In this document: positions 9,025 to 17,569 of the stretch, in pieces | How the letters are laid out: each line of letters opens with the position of its first letter | Numbering within the stretch: position 1 is the stretch's first letter | DNA from: Polyangiales bacterium | Lineage (GTDB): Bacteria; Myxococcota_A; Polyangia; Polyangiales; Ga0077539 | DNA length: 64,000 bases | Assembly (NCBI GenBank): GCA_044229975.1 | Contig: JBGARZ010000006.1 | Span: 347,525 to 411,524 of the forward strand | Direction: 5' to 3' | Translations under genes and position numbers: made by a program | Notes under the pieces: model-generated | What the model was told of the DNA's origin: nothing | Seen by the model: only the letters and a program-made list of their open reading frames with translations | Database searches by the model: none

Positions 9025-9378
9025 ATGGGCTGCGCGGCGGGCGACTACGCGGCGACCAGCTTCTTCGCGGCGGCGGTGAGCGGCACCGGCTGCGGCATCT
9101 GCGCGCTGCGGTCGAGCGCGGGCACGACCAACTGCAACACCGTCTCGTGCCAGATGAACTGCCGCGAGGACGGCAACCTCAACAACGACTTCTTCGGCTG
9201 CGGCACCGTCGGCTCGACCGGCATCATGGGGGCATGCGACGGCCTCAACCGCTTCTCGGAGGACCAGTGCATGGCGCTCCCGGCGGGCTGGAACTGCCCG
9301 AGCATGGGCGGCGAGAGCCGCACCGTGACCAAGACCACCGCCACCACCGGCGGCGGCGTGCTCTGCTGCCGCGACTGA
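9025..9378 (+). CDS. small Cys-rich protein (12 Cys in 117 aa), function unknown; 5' end unresolved
   Basis: Third positions are nearly all G/C from about 8985 to the stop at 9378, so the frame is clearly coding. The first in-frame ATG is 9025, with no SD. An SD-preceded ATG at 8951 sits in the adjacent frame (see findings). Confidence 0.5.
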   Translation: MGCAAGDYAATSFFAAAVSGTGCGICALRSSAGTTNCNTVSCQMNCREDGNLNNDFFGCGTVGSTGIMGACDGLNRFSEDQCMALPAGWNCPSMGGESRTVTKTTATTGGGVLCCRD

Positions 9379-9514
9379 CCCGAACCCCTCCGCCTTGCTG
9401 AACGCCTCTCCCTCCTCCCGCAACAATCCCGGCATCACCGAGAGCGCACACGGCTTCCCTTCACGTCATTCGGACGGCGGAGGCAGTGCGCTCCATCGTT
9501 GGGAGGAATGTTCC

Positions 9515-9946
9515 GTGAAGCCCTACTACTTCACCGCGCGCGCCCTTGCGCTCGGCTGCCTGCTCGCCCCGCTCGTCGTCGCCGGTCGCGATCGTCCGCG
9601 TCGCGTCGCCAGCGTCTCACCACGCGCCACCACCATCGCCACCGTCGTCCCCACGGCCACCGACGATGACCGCCGTCAGCGCGTGCTCACCTCGTTTTCC
9701 CGCGGCGCGCAGGTGCGCCGTTGTTGGGACCGCGCGGTGATCCAGCACCCGACCATCACCGACCGCAGCCTCGCGGTGACCCTCCACGTCGACACGACGG
9801 GCCGCACCGTGCGCGTCGACGTGCGCGACCGCGAGGCGCCCGACCTCGCGCAGTGCCTCGTGCGCGCGGGCCTGTGGCTCCCGTGGGTCGGCGCCGGCGG
9901 TGCCTTCGAGGCGAGCACCACCGTGACCTTCAACCGCGGCGGGTGA
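9515..9946 (+). CDS. secreted protein with an AgmX/PglI-type (TonB-C-like) C-terminal domain
   Basis: GTG start gives VKPYYFTARALALGCLLAPLVVA (signal). The C-terminus (RRCWDRAV...SLAVTLHVDTTGRTVRVDV...LAQCLVRAG...TTVTF) resembles the myxobacterial AgmX/PglI C-terminal domain. Confidence 0.5.
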   Translation: MKPYYFTARALALGCLLAPLVVAGRDRPRRVASVSPRATTIATVVPTATDDDRRQRVLTSFSRGAQVRRCWDRAVIQHPTITDRSLAVTLHVDTTGRTVRVDVRDREAPDLAQCLVRAGLWLPWVGAGGAFEASTTVTFNRGG

Positions 9947-9992
9947 CCGATCGCTCGCCTCGCCGTGGGCGTTGCGTTAGCGTGCGCGCCCG

Positions 9993-11351
9993 ATGACGGC
10001 GGCGGGTGACATCCTCGGAGGCAAGTACCAGCTCCTGCGCCTGCTCGGCGAAGGCGGCATGGGCCAGGTCTTCGAGGCCATCAACCAGAACACCGACCGC
10101 CGCGTCGCCATCAAGACCCTCCACCCCGAGTGGACCCGCGAGCCCGCCGTCGTGCAGCGCTTCCTCCGCGAAGCCCGCGCGGCCACGAAGATCAACCACC
10201 CCAACGTGGTCGACGTGCTCGACCTCGACACCGACGCCGCCACCGGCGCGCCGTACATCGTGCAGGAGTTTCTCGCGGGCGAGAGCCTCGAAAGCCACCT
10301 CGCGGCGCGACCCGACAAGCGCCTCCCCGTCGCCGACGCGCTGCGCATCCTCGTGCCGGTGATGGAGGCCCTCGTCGCCGCCCACAAGCTCGGCATCGTC
10401 CACCGCGACCTGAAGCCCGCCAACCTCTTCCTCTCCATCGATCGCGGCGCCACGCCCACGCCCAAGGTCATCGACTTCGGCATCGCCAAGCTCATGGAGA
10501 CCAAGGCCGACGCCGTCCGCCAGACCGCCGCCGGCACCCTCGTCGGAACCCCCAGCTACATGTCCCCCGAGCAGGCCGCCGGCGCCGCCGACATCGACGC
10601 CCGCACGGACGTCTGGTCCCTCGGCGTGGTGCTCTACGAGCTGCTCTCGGGCGCGCTCCCCTACGACGCCCCCAACTACAACCTCCTCGTCGCCAAGATC
10701 GTCTACGAGGCCCCCGTCCCCGTGCTGCAACAGGCCCCGTCGCTGCCGCGCGACGTCGCCGCCATCGTCGATCGCGCCCTCCTGAAAGACCGCGACGCGC
10801 GCTATCCGTCGATGCAGGCCATGCTCGACGCCACCCTCGCGTGCGCCGCCTGGGCCGCCACCAGCCCCACCCCTTCGTCCGCGCCTTCCATCAACCCGAC
10901 GGTCGCGCCTGGCGTCCCGGCGCAACGCCTCAGCGCACCGCCGTCGTCGCCGCCGTCGCTCGCCGCGTGGTCGGCGCAACCACCGTCGCCTCCGCGTCGC
11001 ACCGCGCTCACCGCGCTCGCGGCCCTCGTCGTCGCGGCCCTCGTTGGTGTGGCCAGCTTCCTCAGCTTCCGCGACAAGCCCGTCGCCACCGTGGTCGCCG
11101 CCCCCGCGTCGCGGCCCGCTCCGTTGCCCGTCACGGCCGTCATCGTCGCCCCGCCGCAGCCCGTCGCCGCACCACCGCAGCCCGTCGCCGCGCCGCCCGC
11201 GGTCGAGCCCGTGGCCGAGCCCGTGGTCGCGCCCGCTCCGACGCCGCCACCCGCCGCCGTGCGTCGCTCCGTTGTCCCAGCGCGCCCGCGTCCGCCGCGC
11301 GCGCCTCGCCCGCCCAGCAGCCACGACTTCGACCGAGGCTACCCCGAATGA
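9993..11351 (+). CDS. Hanks-type Ser/Thr protein kinase with Pro-rich tail and TM segment
   Basis: Kinase motifs: GEGGMGQVF, VAIKTL, HRDLKPANLF, DFGIAKL, GTPSYMSPEQ. A TM helix (LTALAALVVAALVGVASF) and a Pro-rich C-terminus follow. Confidence 0.92.
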   Translation: MTAAGDILGGKYQLLRLLGEGGMGQVFEAINQNTDRRVAIKTLHPEWTREPAVVQRFLREARAATKINHPNVVDVLDLDTDAATGAPYIVQEFLAGESLESHLAARPDKRLPVADALRILVPVMEALVAAHKLGIVHRDLKPANLFLSIDRGATPTPKVIDFGIAKLMETKADAVRQTAAGTLVGTPSYMSPEQAAGAADIDARTDVWSLGVVLYELLSGALPYDAPNYNLLVAKIVYEAPVPVLQQAPSLPRDVAAIVDRALLKDRDARYPSMQAMLDATLACAAWAATSPTPSSAPSINPTVAPGVPAQRLSAPPSSPPSLAAWSAQPPSPPRRTALTALAALVVAALVGVASFLSFRDKPVATVVAAPASRPAPLPVTAVIVAPPQPVAAPPQPVAAPPAVEPVAEPVVAPAPTPPPAAVRRSVVPARPRPPRAPRPPSSHDFDRGYPE

Positions 11352-12163
11352 AACTCCACGCTCCCGTCTTCGCGCTCGCGCTCGCGCTCACCCCGGCCGT
11401 CTCCTTCGCGCAGCCCGCCAACCCCGAGGTGCAGGCCCGCACCGCCTTCGAGCGCGGCATCGCCGAGGTCGACGCCGGTCGCTTCGCCAGCGCCGTCGCC
11501 GCCTTCGAGGAGTCCTACCGGCTGCGCCCCGTCGCCGTGGTGCTCTTCAACCTCGCCGGGGCGTACTCGCGCATGGGCCGCCACCAGCAGTCCATCGCCA
11601 CCTACGAGCGCTACCTCACCGAGGGGACGCGCCTGCCGCCCGACCGTGTTCAGTCGGTGCGCGATCGCATCGCCGAGCTGCGCCGCGAGATGCCCGTGGT
11701 GGTGCTCCATGTGCGTCCGGCTCCCTTCACGCTCACTGTCGACGGGCGCCCGCAGGCCGTCACCGGCGACGAGCTCGCCCTCGACCCTGGCAGCCACCTG
11801 CTCGTGGTGTCCGCGGCCTCGCGCGCCTCGCAACAGCGCGAGGTGCAGCTCTCCCCTGGCGCGCGCATCACCTGGGACGCCGAGCTCGTCGCCGACAACG
11901 CCGCCGCGCCGACCGCCCCCGTCGTCGCGGTCGCGGCCACGCCCACTGCGCCCGTCGTGACCACGCCGCACCCCGCGGGAGAGACCCCGGTGACGCCGCG
12001 CGAGAGCTCGCCGGGCATCACGTCGCGATGGTGGTTCTGGACGGGCCTTGGTGTCGTCGTCGCGGGCGGCACCGCGCTCGCCCTCGGCCTCAGCGGAACC
12101 TTCGACACCACGCAGGCCCCCGTCGCGGGCACGGCCTACAATCTGTCGGCGGTTCGCTGGTAG
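11348..12163 (+). CDS. secreted TPR-like/PEGA-domain protein with C-terminal TM anchor
   Basis: ATG overlaps the kinase stop (ATGA, 11348-11351). Signal MKLHAPVFALALALTPAVSFAQ, a TPR-like helix pair, a PEGA-like beta domain (VVVLHVRPAPFTLTVDGRP) and a TM (WWFWTGLGVVVAGGTALALGL). Confidence 0.7.
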   Translation: MKLHAPVFALALALTPAVSFAQPANPEVQARTAFERGIAEVDAGRFASAVAAFEESYRLRPVAVVLFNLAGAYSRMGRHQQSIATYERYLTEGTRLPPDRVQSVRDRIAELRREMPVVVLHVRPAPFTLTVDGRPQAVTGDELALDPGSHLLVVSAASRASQQREVQLSPGARITWDAELVADNAAAPTAPVVAVAATPTAPVVTTPHPAGETPVTPRESSPGITSRWWFWTGLGVVVAGGTALALGLSGTFDTTQAPVAGTAYNLSAVRW

Positions 12164-12291
12164 GCGGGTCACCCCTCGTCGACCATCTGTCGTAGGTGCC
12201 GCGCTTCCTCACCGGTACCCATCAATCCAGAAGCATTGACCCCTTGCGCGCCTGGCGGCCATTGAGCACGCCCCGCCGCCAACGTCGCCCG

Positions 12292-13362
12292 CTACCCCGC
12301 GAGCTCGCCCATCCCCGGCGCTCCGCTGCACAGCGCCATCGCGAACTCCTCCAGCACGCGAAACTCCCCGATGGGCCGCGTGCCCATGGCTGATCCCTTC
12401 GATCCCTTGAGCGCCGCGTCCGTCGCCGCCAGCACCCGCATCGCGCGGTGCAACTGCGGAACCGTCCACCGCCGCGTGGCATTGGCGAGCCACCCTGGTG
12501 GTTTGCCGTGCATGTACACGGCGCGCGAGACGTTGGCCGACGGATCGACCGAGAGCATCTGCTTGGCGCGCGCGAGCAACCGCAGCGAGTAGCCCAGCGA
12601 GCCGAGTATCATCAGCGCCTCGCCGCGCTGGGTCTTGAGCTGCGCGATGTTGGCGAGGGCCGTCGGCAGGTCGCGCATCAGGATGGCGTCTGACAGATCG
12701 AAGCCACCGATCTCGCGCACGGGCGTGACGAGCTCTTCGACGGAGGCGAGGGTGACGGTCTTTCCGCCGGCGTAGAGCGAGAGGCGTTCGAGGGCGTCGG
12801 CGATGACGCCGAGCTCGGGGCCGATCCACTCGACGAGTCGCTCGACCACACCGTTCTCCGCGGTGATCTTGCGCGCGGCCATCTCCGCGGTGATCCAGCG
12901 GGTGAGCCACGGATCGACCTCGTCATCCTTGGTCGGAACGCTGCACGTCACCATCCACCCGAGCTTCTCGGCTTCCTTCACCCAGGTGCGGCGCGCGTCG
13001 AACTTCGTCGCGACCATCAGCAGCACCGTCGTCGGCTCCGGGTTGGCGAGGTACCCGAAAAACTCCTTCATCTCCTTGTCGCTGAGCTTCTGGGCGAAGT
13101 CCTCGGCGGAGCGCACGACGACGAGCCGCCGCTTGGCCATCATCGGGAGCGTGCGGCACGCGCCGATGAGGTTGGAGCAGGAGACGTGGTCGCCGTCGAA
13201 GACGTCCTCGGCGAAGCCGCGGGGGCCGGGGCCGACGACGGCGAGTCGCACGGCGTTCATGCAGCGGGTGACCAGCAGCCACTCGTTGCCGCCCAGAACG
13301 TAGACGGGCTTGATGGTTCCCTTGGCCAGCGCGTCGAGGGTGGCCCGCATGTCGTCGCTCAC
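12292..13362 (-). CDS. holA: DNA polymerase III subunit delta
   Basis: 356 aa. The N-terminus IKPVYVLGGNEWLL matches the HolA signature, and length and overall layout match HolA. Confidence 0.8.
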   Translation of the reverse strand: MSDDMRATLDALAKGTIKPVYVLGGNEWLLVTRCMNAVRLAVVGPGPRGFAEDVFDGDHVSCSNLIGACRTLPMMAKRRLVVVRSAEDFAQKLSDKEMKEFFGYLANPEPTTVLLMVATKFDARRTWVKEAEKLGWMVTCSVPTKDDEVDPWLTRWITAEMAARKITAENGVVERLVEWIGPELGVIADALERLSLYAGGKTVTLASVEELVTPVREIGGFDLSDAILMRDLPTALANIAQLKTQRGEALMILGSLGYSLRLLARAKQMLSVDPSANVSRAVYMHGKPPGWLANATRRWTVPQLHRAMRVLAATDAALKGSKGSAMGTRPIGEFRVLEEFAMALCSGAPGMGELAG

Positions 13363-13413
13363 GCCGGCGACGCTACCGCACCTCGCCCGCGAACCTCACG
13401 TCTCCGACAACGC

Positions 13414-14517
13414 TCAGGTCTCGATCGCGAGCGTCTCCAGCCCCGCGACCGTCCCGCAGCGCGTGCGCCCGACGATGAAGATGCGAATCTGCACCTCGCC
13501 CACGCGATACACCGTCACGCCCGTGAGCTCGCGGTTGACCACCTGAACCAGTTGCCGGAAGCGCGCCGCCCGGTGCTGGTCTTCGAGCCCGGCGCCCTCG
13601 TCCGCCACCACCGCGTTGCGCATCAACCGATCGAGCGTGATCTGCTCCACGCGCGTCGTCGCAGGCAAGCCCAGCAGCCCCAGCATCGCCGCGCCCGTCG
13701 GCACCGTGCGCAACCCGCTCGGCGCGTACCACGTCAGCGGCGCGTCGCTCTCCGACGTGAACAACAGCCGCTCCGTCGCGTCGGCAAACGTCGCCTGGAG
13801 CTCGCTCCCGCAGTGCCGCGCCGCCGTCGGCGCCTCCACCCGCACGAACACCTGCGTCGCCCGCAGCACCGGAACCCGCTCCGTCGACGGATTGCCCGGC
13901 GCCGTCGTCCGCACGCCCGCGACCAGCACGCCCTCATCACGCGTTGCTGCGCCGAGCACCGTGTCGCGCGCGGTGTCGCTGAGCGTGGTGAGCCGCGAGA
14001 GGTCGACGCCCGTCACGGGCAGCGGCCGCGCGGTGCTGTTGACCCGCTGCATGTTGAGCGTCGCGCACGGAATGAAGGTGCACATGGTCCCGGTGGTGGA
14101 GACGCGCGAGACGCTGGCGGTGGGCGCCGCGCCGGTGGCCGAGCGCCACGCCTCGCTGGCGACGAAGCGCCCGTAGGTGTTGCCCGTCGCGGCGGCGATG
14201 CGCCCGCGGTACACGACGGCGCCGTCGAGGGAGGTGGCGCCGATGCCGAGGCCCGCGAGGTCGAGCGCGCCGACGTAGCAGCGGTCGGCGGTGGTGCCGT
14301 CGACGCAGCGCAGGGACGACGCGTTGACGGGCGACACCCAGTAGCCGCCGCAGATGGGCGAGACGCAGCGTCGCGTGTCGTGGGCGAGGGTGAAGTACCC
14401 GTCTCCGCGCACCACGACGGAGTCGGTCGAGGTGTCGTCCTCGGCGAGCTCGGCGCCCACCTGACAGCCCGACAAGAGAAGCCCGAGGGCGAGCGAACGG
14501 ACGGCGGTGAACTTCAT
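13414..14517 (-). CDS. lipoprotein with C-terminal nuclease-A-inhibitor (NuiA)-like domain
   Basis: Start at MKFTAVRSLALGLLLSGC (lipobox). The C-terminus (LLFTSESDAPLTWY...ARFRQLVQVVNRELTGVTVYRVGEVQIRIFIVGRT..GTVAGLETLAIET) matches the NuiA-like pattern as I recall it. The N-half is Cys-containing (DUF6748-like). Confidence 0.55.
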   Translation of the reverse strand: MKFTAVRSLALGLLLSGCQVGAELAEDDTSTDSVVVRGDGYFTLAHDTRRCVSPICGGYWVSPVNASSLRCVDGTTADRCYVGALDLAGLGIGATSLDGAVVYRGRIAAATGNTYGRFVASEAWRSATGAAPTASVSRVSTTGTMCTFIPCATLNMQRVNSTARPLPVTGVDLSRLTTLSDTARDTVLGAATRDEGVLVAGVRTTAPGNPSTERVPVLRATQVFVRVEAPTAARHCGSELQATFADATERLLFTSESDAPLTWYAPSGLRTVPTGAAMLGLLGLPATTRVEQITLDRLMRNAVVADEGAGLEDQHRAARFRQLVQVVNRELTGVTVYRVGEVQIRIFIVGRTRCGTVAGLETLAIET

Positions 14518-14584
14518 GGCGGCGCCCATGTACGACACGGTCCCACATCCGTCCAGCGCGACGACGGTGATAGAAGCCCTGCCT

Positions 14585-15619
14585 GTGACGACGCACCCCG
14601 CCCGCTTCGCTCTCCTCGCCGCCCTGTTCGGGTGCTCCTCCACCCCGACCGTTGCTTCCGACGCCTCCGTCTCATCGGACATCGCCCATATCGCCGTCGA
14701 CATTCCTTCGGCCGATGTCCCTTCGAGCGATATTCCTTCTGTCGACGCTCCGTCGATAGCCGATATTTCTCCCATGACCGATGACGCGCCCGCCCAGGGT
14801 TGTGGCGTGTGCGCGACCCGACCCGAGCCCGAGACCTCCGGCTTCCTCACCGACAACGACCTCGACGAGCTCTCTGGCATCGTCGAGAGCCGCGCCCAGC
14901 CCGGCATCTTCTTTGTTCACAACGACTCTGGCGACTCGGCCCGCTTCTTCGCCATCGACCGCACCGGAACCCGCCGCGCCACCTTCGTCCTCCGCGGCGC
15001 CACTGCTGTCGACTGGGAGGACATCGCCATCGGCCCGTGCCCCGCCGGAACCTGCCTCTACCTCGGCGACATTGGTGACAACGACCTCGTACGCCCTGGC
15101 TACTCCCTCTATCGTGTCGCGCAGCCCACCGTCCCGGACGGAACCTCCGCCAACCGTGATGTCCCCTGGGAGCGCTTCACCTTCACGTATCCCGACGGCC
15201 GCCACAACTCCGAGGCGCTGGCCATCCGTCCCGACACGGGTGACGTCTATGTCTTCACCAAGGTCACCACGCTGCCCTCGGTGATCTATCGCTTCCCGCA
15301 GCCGTTGCGTGTCGACGCATCGATGACCCTCACGCGCGTTGGCGAGCTCGCTCTTCCGGCTGGGAGTTCGGGCCTGGTCACGGGCGCCGACATCCACCCG
15401 TGCGCGGCGCGCTTGTTGGTTCGCACCTACGATCGCCTGTGGGAGTTCGGCAATGCGAGCGCTTCGTGGGAAGACCTCTTCCGCGCCGCTCCCGCGCGCA
15501 TGCTGGTGCAGACCGAAAACCAGGGCGAGGCTGTTGGATGGCACTCCGACGGCCGCGGCTATGTGACCATCTCCGAAGGGCGGGGGCAGGGCCTCCACGA
15601 CGCGCACTGCCCGCGCTGA
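14585..15619 (+). CDS. lipoprotein, SdiA-regulated/phytase-like beta-propeller candidate
   Basis: GTG start gives VTTHPARFALLAALFGCSS (lipobox). A D(I/V)PS repeat linker follows. The core (LSGIVESRAQPGIFFVHNDSGD...AVDWEDIAIGP...LYLGDIGDN) is propeller-like. Divergent from 13414..14517. Confidence 0.55.
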   Translation: MTTHPARFALLAALFGCSSTPTVASDASVSSDIAHIAVDIPSADVPSSDIPSVDAPSIADISPMTDDAPAQGCGVCATRPEPETSGFLTDNDLDELSGIVESRAQPGIFFVHNDSGDSARFFAIDRTGTRRATFVLRGATAVDWEDIAIGPCPAGTCLYLGDIGDNDLVRPGYSLYRVAQPTVPDGTSANRDVPWERFTFTYPDGRHNSEALAIRPDTGDVYVFTKVTTLPSVIYRFPQPLRVDASMTLTRVGELALPAGSSGLVTGADIHPCAARLLVRTYDRLWEFGNASASWEDLFRAAPARMLVQTENQGEAVGWHSDGRGYVTISEGRGQGLHDAHCPR

Positions 15620-15809
15620 TTCCCCTCTCCCGCCGCATCTTCGCCCTCGCCCTCGCCCTCATTGGGCCTACGCCGCGGCGTCAGCCCATTCGTGAGACCG
15701 GTCGGTCGCGCGCTGTCGCTGCGCGTGGCAGTCCCTCGGACCTACGCCGCGGCATCAGCGCGGCGCGCACCGGTCAGGCCTGCAACGATCGCTCTCCGTC
15801 CCTCACCCG

Positions 15810-16289
15810 TCATTCCCTGATCGAGAAGGCACCGACTGCGTGGTCGCGCACGGTCCCCTCGACGACAACCACAGCCGGGGACGCCCCAATGTGTACGATC
15901 AGATAGCGGGTCAACGAGTGCGGACCGAAGTGCGTACAGCACACGAAGAAAAACGCGACGTCGTCGATGGTCTCATCGGCGTGCGACGTGGTCATGACGT
16001 GTTCGTCGTCCGACCAGCCATCGGGGGAGTCCTCGAAGCCCATGATGAACTCGGTATCGAATGAAGACTCCCACGCCTGACATTGCATGCCGCCGCAGAC
16101 GGCATAGCGACAGCCCGCATCGAGGAGCGCCCTCGCCACGGCTGCCCTTCGCTCGCCGTCAAAGGAACCATCGTGGTCCCACACGAGGCACGGGAAGGTG
16201 ACCCCTTCGAACGGGACCACGAGGTCATCGGGCGCGGCGATGGACACCGCGTCGAGCCGTCGGTCGCCGATCTCCAGGAGAGTGGTCAA
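15810..16289 (-). CDS. hypothetical protein (159 aa)
   Basis: Clean ORF with GC-rich third positions and no recognised motif. Lies just beyond the distal end of the cassette array. Confidence 0.45.
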   Translation of the reverse strand: MTTLLEIGDRRLDAVSIAAPDDLVVPFEGVTFPCLVWDHDGSFDGERRAAVARALLDAGCRYAVCGGMQCQAWESSFDTEFIMGFEDSPDGWSDDEHVMTTSHADETIDDVAFFFVCCTHFGPHSLTRYLIVHIGASPAVVVVEGTVRDHAVGAFSIRE

Positions 16290-16339
16290 TGGTCTCTACT
16301 CGTCAACGCGTGGTCGATGTACCACCACGGGCGCTGCCA

Positions 16340-16690
16340 TCAGCTCTGGTGCGGGGCGGCGGGGCTCTGCACGAAGAGCCGCGTCTGCGCTTCGTTCGAG
16401 TCGCCGCGGTTCGTCGTGACGACGACGGCGCCCGCCGCGATGCCAGCGGCGGATCGGGTCACCACCCAGCTCCAGCGCGTGAGCACCGCGAGGGGCTCGT
16501 GCAGTGCCCGCGGGTCGCGACCCAGCGGCCCCCACAGCGACGGGTCACAATACAGGATGCCCGTGGTGCGATCGAGCACGAGCGCGGACTCGCCAGTGGC
16601 GTCCGGGGAGCTCTTCAACCAGGCGACGAGCACCTCGTGTCCACGCGGGACGGCTGCGACGAACGGGAGTTCTAGAACTTGTGCGTCCAT
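16340..16690 (-). CDS. hypothetical protein (116 aa)
   Basis: ORF on the same strand as the cassettes, immediately distal to the last attC-like site. No recognised motif. Confidence 0.4.
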   Translation of the reverse strand: MDAQVLELPFVAAVPRGHEVLVAWLKSSPDATGESALVLDRTTGILYCDPSLWGPLGRDPRALHEPLAVLTRWSWVVTRSAAGIAAGAVVVTTNRGDSNEAQTRLFVQSPAAPHQS

Positions 16691-16772
16691 TGTGAGTTTC
16701 CTTGTATCTCGGCGGCCGTACGCATTCGGTGCAGAGCCGCCTGTACCGGAGTCATCGGATCAGACCTCGCCT

Positions 16773-16863
16773 GTCCAACGGATGGCCGATATGCCACCGC
16801 AGCGAGCCGAGTGGGTGTTCGTTGAGGTGAGTGGGGGCGGTCGGCACCATCGGCTTGTTGGAC
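16773..16863 (-). other. attC-like site a (distal; belongs to the TA cassette)
   Basis: Plus strand reads GTCCAAC-ggatggccgatatgccaccgc...ggcggtcggcaccatcggctt-GTTGGAC. The cores fit RYYYAAC and GTTRRRY. Confidence 0.65.
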
Positions 16864-16869
16864 ACGCCG

Positions 16870-17157
16870 TCACCTGCCCTGCCAGTAGCCTGGTTGCCGC
16901 TTGGCGTGAGTAATGGCTACCACGAGGATACGTGTCGGCTCATCACGGTAGAGGATGGCATAGGGAAATCTGGACAGGAGTGCCCGACGCACATCGAGGT
17001 AGATTGGCCAGCGATCCGGCGCCTCGACGATGAGCCCAAGAGTCACGTCGAGTTCTTCAACAAAACGCGCCGCCACTCGCGGATCGCGTTCCGCATACCA
17101 TGCCGCGGCGTCCTCGCTTTCAACGAGGGCGCGCGGGTGCAGCTCAAGGGGTTTCAC
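16870..17157 (-). CDS. type II toxin, ParE/RelE family (cassette 5)
   Basis: 95 aa. Typical ParE/RelE plasmid-stabilisation-type sequence: LHPRALVESEDAAAWYAERDPRVAARFVEEL...FPYAILYRDEPTRILVVAITHAKRQPGYW. The stop lies 6 nt from attC a. Confidence 0.8.
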   Translation of the reverse strand: MKPLELHPRALVESEDAAAWYAERDPRVAARFVEELDVTLGLIVEAPDRWPIYLDVRRALLSRFPYAILYRDEPTRILVVAITHAKRQPGYWQGR

Positions 17158-17395
17158 GTCGACCGTTCGCCGCGGCGAGAATGCGGCGCCGGGCCTCGGC
17201 CCACGGGATTGGCGTCACCGCTCCCGAGTCCACCTCCGCTAGCCGTCGTTGGGCTTCCTCAGCCCATGCCCGTTCGACCCCTTCGTCAGCCGGACCGAGA
17301 TCGTCGAGGCTATCAAGCAACTCAGCGACGACCGCCGCGCGCTCGGTGGCCGGCAGTTGCAGCGCAGCAGCCAAAACATGTTCAACGTCGTTCAT
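17144..17395 (-). CDS. antitoxin, putative addiction-module component (TIGR02574-like) (cassette 5)
   Basis: 83 aa. LQLPATERAAVVAELLDSLD...VERAWAEEAQRRLAEVDSGAVTPIPWAEARRRI is typical of this antitoxin family. Overlaps the toxin start by 14 nt. GAGGAGGAG lies upstream. Confidence 0.75.
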   Translation of the reverse strand: MNDVEHVLAAALQLPATERAAVVAELLDSLDDLGPADEGVERAWAEEAQRRLAEVDSGAVTPIPWAEARRRILAAANGRRETP

Positions 17396-17463
17396 GGGTT
17401 GGTTCTACTCCTCCTCACGCGGGGTCGCGAGTTCGCTCGGCCAACACGCCGCTCGCCGAGGCT

Positions 17464-17555
17464 GCCCAACGGCTGGCCGATGTGCCGTCGCAGCAAGCGG
17501 GGGCGACGATCCTCGGGGATGGGTAGAGGCGGTCGGCACCATCGGCTTGTTGGGA
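17464..17555 (-). other. attC-like site b
   Basis: GCCCAAC-ggctggccgatgtgccgtcgc...ggcggtcggcaccatcggctt-GTTGGGA. The last core base is A instead of Y. Confidence 0.65.
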
Positions 17556-17569
17556 GGCTACGCCACGAC

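Noticed and set aside
9930-11347. ORF 9930..11324(-) and the 5' part of ORF 10130..12163(+), both overlapping the Ser/Thr kinase
   Set aside because: The kinase frame has all the Hanks motifs, and the others are Arg/Gly shadows. Only the portion of 10130..12163 from ATG 11348 onward is a real gene.
15650-15800. A possible sixth, degenerate attC downstream of ORF 15810..16289 (cATTGGGC at 15660-15667, GCCCATT at 15684-15690)
   Set aside because: The core-like words are in the wrong order and orientation. The conserved arms (ggctggccgatg / catcggctt) are absent, and no long complementary stem can be drawn. Only the 18-bp direct repeat is real.
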